From: Cyanidioschyzon merolae
Lineage: Eukaryota
Assembly: GCA_000091205.1 (NCBI GenBank)
Contig: AP006493.2
Length of the DNA stretch: 64,000 nt
Reading direction: 5' to 3' (one strand)
Part shown: in pieces, positions 60,868 to 64,000 of the stretch
Numbering within the stretch: the first letter of the stretch is position 1
How the letters are laid out: the number at the start of each line of letters is the position of its first letter
Program-made: the position numbers and the translations under genes
Notes under the pieces: generated by a model
Databases searched by the model: none
What the model saw: only the letters and a program-made list of their open reading frames with translations
Told to the model about the DNA's origin: nothing

Positions 60868-63030
60868 TCACGGTGCTTGCTCGCATCCAGTGAGCTCAGC
60901 TTGTCGCGAGACAAGGTCGAAACATAGCTGCTCGATCGCAGCGCAGCTCCAGCCGTCTGTCTGGGCAACTAGTTCATCCAAAGCAACGGAACCAGGAAGC
61001 AAAGCCGTCTCTGATGCTTGTTGGTCAAACGTGGTTCGCATGGGCGTCTCAGTTGGCGCCCGGGTGAGGTAGAGTTCAAGGATCGCTCGCCGATCGACTG
61101 CGCTGGGCAACGGTACCTCGAGCTGCAGGTCAAAGCGTCCCGGGCGCAGTAGCGCCGCATCGACGCGATCGATACGATTGGTAGCTCCAGTCAACACTAC
61201 ATGCGCATCTGTTTCGTTCATAGCATCTATTTCGGTGAGGAGCGTCCCCAAGAGACGATTGGCGACATCAGATGCCCCTGCCGACGTGTCTGCATTTCGG
61301 ATTCCTATAAGGTTGTCGATTTCGTCGAGAAAAACGAGCGCGGGACTCGAGCTGCGTGCGATCGAGAAAATTTCACGTAGCGTTCGCTCGGATTCTCCCA
61401 GATACGCGGAATAAAGATCGGCGCTGCTAACATGAATGAAGGTGAACGGAGCTCCTTGTCGCCAGAGCGTCTCCACTGCAGCCCGAACGAGACGCGTTTT
61501 CCCGCATCCTGGTGGGCCGTAGAGCAGCACTGCACGAGCAGGTCGCACTCCCAGTCGCACACAGGTACTGCGGTACAGGAGAGGCCAGGCCAACGCGCGG
61601 AACAGCGCTTCTTTTGTGGCGTGGTGTCCACCGAGGGCATCGAATCCACGAAACTGATGTCGCAAACTTGACGCATTAGTTCCGTCCACGAGAACATCCA
61701 GGCATTTTGGGTGCTCAATTCGATACGTCTGGTGCGCTCGCGCGGCAACGCCACCGGCTCTCTGAAAAGAAAATCCACAACTGGCGAGGCGAACGTAATC
61801 ACTGGCCACGTAGCCGGGCGTTTGTGCCGCCAGAGACGCCGGGTCCGGTGCTCCAAGCGCTCGCATCAGCGCGATCCGCTCCTCGAATGTAGGTACCGTG
61901 GCGTGAATGAGTCCTTCGAAGCGACCCCCTCGTCGCAAAGAGACCGGCATGTCGCCGAGCCTTCTCACAGTCGCCACACAAACGACTCGCGAACGCCCAG
62001 CCGACAGTCGATGCTCGATCGTATCAAACCAGTTCACAAGTAGAAGCGGAAGCGCGTCCGTTGCTTCAGAAGCGTTTCTCGCGGCGAAAGGCGCTCGCTC
62101 ACCACACACTCGATCAATATCTTCGAAGAGAATGATGGTGTTTTTGCAAGGGCGTTCTTCGCAGGACGCTCTACTCAGTCGCCAAAATATCTCAGCGGTT
62201 AGCGCCTCTAGATTTGAGCGAAGCGTCCCCAGGTCGCGCCCCTTTTCTCGGAGCCTGAAAGTAATGTGCTCCGCTTCCAAGTCCTGCGATGCTTGCCTGA
62301 CGGCGTACGTCTTGCCGACCCCGGCAGGGCCTGCCAAAATACACCCATGAATGACGCCGCCGCCATATGCTCGAGGCAGGCACCAGAGCGTCTTGATGTA
62401 ATCAATGAGCTTCTTCGCAAAACGGAAGTAAACTTGAGTATCGGGGGTCGCGTCCCCGATAGCGCGCACGAGCGTATGTTCAACTCGTTTGGGCGTTCGG
62501 TGGATTTGGGTTGCGAGCGTAATCCAATTTCCTCCGTGGACTCGAAGGACTCGCCAACGTTGGTGAATCACTGCACCGGCAACGACAGGCAAATAGAGCA
62601 GAAGCGCTCGCAGTGAGGCGGAATCTTCGCACTGTGGTGGACCAAGCGATGCATCTGCCTCGGGGAACAACAACTCCTCGAGCCAGAGCTCAGATGCAGG
62701 AGCCCGGGGACCAATGACCTGCACGCATGCTCGGTTCTGCTCTGGAGGGGCTCCTTTGTCTGCAACTGCGTCAAACGCAGCAGCTGGTGCTGCAATACGC
62801 ACTGCGTTGACGTCGTGCAGCTCTGAACGCACCAGGTGCGGCGGGTTCTCATCGCACACGAGCGGAGCGTCCACCACCTCCCGAGCACTGCTTGGCCAGA
62901 GCGTACAAAGCGCAGACCCGTAGAGCGTGACGACTGAGCCTACGGTGACATCTTTTGGCCACTCGCTAAGCGATAAAAATGCTTTCCCGGAACTCGTGGT
63001 TCTCCCGTTGCAGCTTGTCATTCCAAACAC
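60868..63030 (-). CDS. Tandem-domain AAA+ ATPase (two AAA cassettes; PEX1/PEX6/AFG2/NVL-like family)
   Basis: 720-aa ORF. D1 has Walker A 'ILAGPAGVGKTYAV' and a Walker-B-like 'IILFEDIDRV'. D2 is canonical: Walker A 'VLLYGPPGCGKTRLV', Walker B 'ALVFLDEIDNL', sensor-1 'VVLTGATNRIDRVD', Arg-finger region 'ALLRPGRFDLQLEVPLP'. Confidence 0.8.
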   Translation of the reverse strand: MFGMTSCNGRTTSSGKAFLSLSEWPKDVTVGSVVTLYGSALCTLWPSSAREVVDAPLVCDENPPHLVRSELHDVNAVRIAAPAAAFDAVADKGAPPEQNRACVQVIGPRAPASELWLEELLFPEADASLGPPQCEDSASLRALLLYLPVVAGAVIHQRWRVLRVHGGNWITLATQIHRTPKRVEHTLVRAIGDATPDTQVYFRFAKKLIDYIKTLWCLPRAYGGGVIHGCILAGPAGVGKTYAVRQASQDLEAEHITFRLREKGRDLGTLRSNLEALTAEIFWRLSRASCEERPCKNTIILFEDIDRVCGERAPFAARNASEATDALPLLLVNWFDTIEHRLSAGRSRVVCVATVRRLGDMPVSLRRGGRFEGLIHATVPTFEERIALMRALGAPDPASLAAQTPGYVASDYVRLASCGFSFQRAGGVAARAHQTYRIEHPKCLDVLVDGTNASSLRHQFRGFDALGGHHATKEALFRALAWPLLYRSTCVRLGVRPARAVLLYGPPGCGKTRLVRAAVETLWRQGAPFTFIHVSSADLYSAYLGESERTLREIFSIARSSSPALVFLDEIDNLIGIRNADTSAGASDVANRLLGTLLTEIDAMNETDAHVVLTGATNRIDRVDAALLRPGRFDLQLEVPLPSAVDRRAILELYLTRAPTETPMRTTFDQQASETALLPGSVALDELVAQTDGWSCAAIEQLCFDLVSRQAELTGCEQAP

Positions 63031-64000
63031 TTCGGTGAAGCGTCTGCCAGCTTGAGGTGTTTGGCTCTCTTACACCGTGCGCTTACGCTGATCGAACCAA
63101 CTTGGTACCTTAAGCACGTCGTAAATCGTCAACCAGCTGCCAACACGTGTACTCTTGGCGGCCTTGTACCGGCGTCGCTGGAGCCGCACCGCCCCAGGAG
63201 TAGAACGCTTGTCCTGGTTATGCCAGTGCCAACTGCTCCTAATGGTGTGTGCTCCACAGCGTACTCGTGACAAATAGCAGTCACCAGTAGAATGTCATGC
63301 CATTATAAAAACAACGCTAGGCACAAGAACGAGCCTTATTGTCATTTTGGCGACTACAGCACCGAAGCGGGAAACCTTCCCGACACCTTCAATACGTCGA
63401 GCAGTAGGAAGTGCAGGAACGAGTCCAGCGCTCACGCCTTCATTCATCGGGGGATAAAATGGAACAGGTCCAGCAGCTCGGTTGTGGGCGTCCATGTTCA
63501 GGGGTCGCTTTGTATTCTCATCATCACCAGACTCGGCAGGCTCTTTTTGCGACTGATTCACGCTCTTCTCTAGTGTAGCCTTTCAGCTCGGTTTGGTTTC
63601 ATCCACGTTGGAGAGTAAAGCAGGAGATCGAAATCACGATGCAATATTCCGTATAGATCGTAGACGGATTGTCTGTAGGATATATATTCTCTAGTGAACA
63701 GTGAAAGGAGAACCGCAATCATCATCCTTTAGCTCTGCCATGCCACGGTGCTAAGATAGTTGAGGAACACTGGATGAACGAAGTACATGCGTTCTGCGCC
63801 AAAAACCGATATTGTGAATGACTGCTGTTGTTCAATGGTGGATAACGATCCGCTGATCACCACACGGAAAGCAAAAGTGAAGATAACAGCCACCAGGGGC
63901 GTGCCTGTTTCTCAACAGCTTGTTCGTGTGGTCCTGAAAACACTGGGATACAGTCGCAAAAAAGGGTCCTGGTTCATACACAGCCAGCTTCCATGGGAAT

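Noticed and set aside
1-64000. Search for a prokaryotic-style novel defence or biosynthetic gene cluster (operon of co-oriented genes, toxin-antitoxin, restriction-modification, phage elements)
   Set aside because: The genes are eukaryotic housekeeping genes on alternating strands with kb-scale spacers and eukaryotic domain architectures (RRM-WD40, kelch-BTB, R2R3-MYB). No operon structure, no mobile-element genes (integrase/transposase/reverse transcriptase) and no prokaryotic signatures were found.

Overview
The window is eukaryotic nuclear DNA, GC-rich (about 57-60% by eye) and apparently intron-free. About 17 protein-coding genes lie on alternating strands as long, uninterrupted single ORFs with clear homology to conserved eukaryotic proteins. 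These are: a bifunctional 3-dehydroquinate dehydratase/shikimate dehydrogenase of the plant/algal type, 60S ribosomal protein L23a, mitochondrial ribosomal protein S5, a kelch-repeat/BTB protein, a transmembrane thioredoxin-domain protein (CGHC active site), an R2R3-MYB factor, DNA primase large subunit, eIF3 subunit B, a KEA-type K+/H+ antiporter with a KTN/TrkA-N domain, proteasome beta-2, a FAD2-type delta-12 desaturase, a tandem-AAA ATPase, and several low-complexity or membrane proteins of unknown function. Gene spacing is roughly one gene per 3-4 kb, with three gene-poor stretches of 3-5 kb. There is no prokaryotic operon, defence-system or CRISPR signal; all six-frame 'antisense' ORFs are ordinary for a stop-codon-poor GC-rich genome. 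The most unusual structural signals are: (i) a highly homogeneous 123-bp tandem array of about 15 copies (about 2845-4705), each unit carrying an 18-bp palindrome, starting only about 90 bp upstream of the DHQ-SDH start codon; (ii) a direct repeat of at least 638 bp at about 98% identity (1-638 and 24634-25271) bracketing about 24 kb of housekeeping genes, with the first copy truncated by the window edge; (iii) a 1705-aa low-complexity protein containing a Cid1/PAP-like nucleotidyltransferase core with a degenerate catalytic motif; (iv) in-frame CAG/CTG/GCT trinucleotide microsatellites inside four genes, plus other microsatellites (GAC, GATC, GGAT, poly-C). The organism cannot be named from sequence alone. 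The plant-like shikimate enzyme, FAD2, a KEA antiporter with a Ser/Arg/Ala-rich presequence and the intron-poor GC-rich architecture suggest an alga, stramenopile or similar protist.
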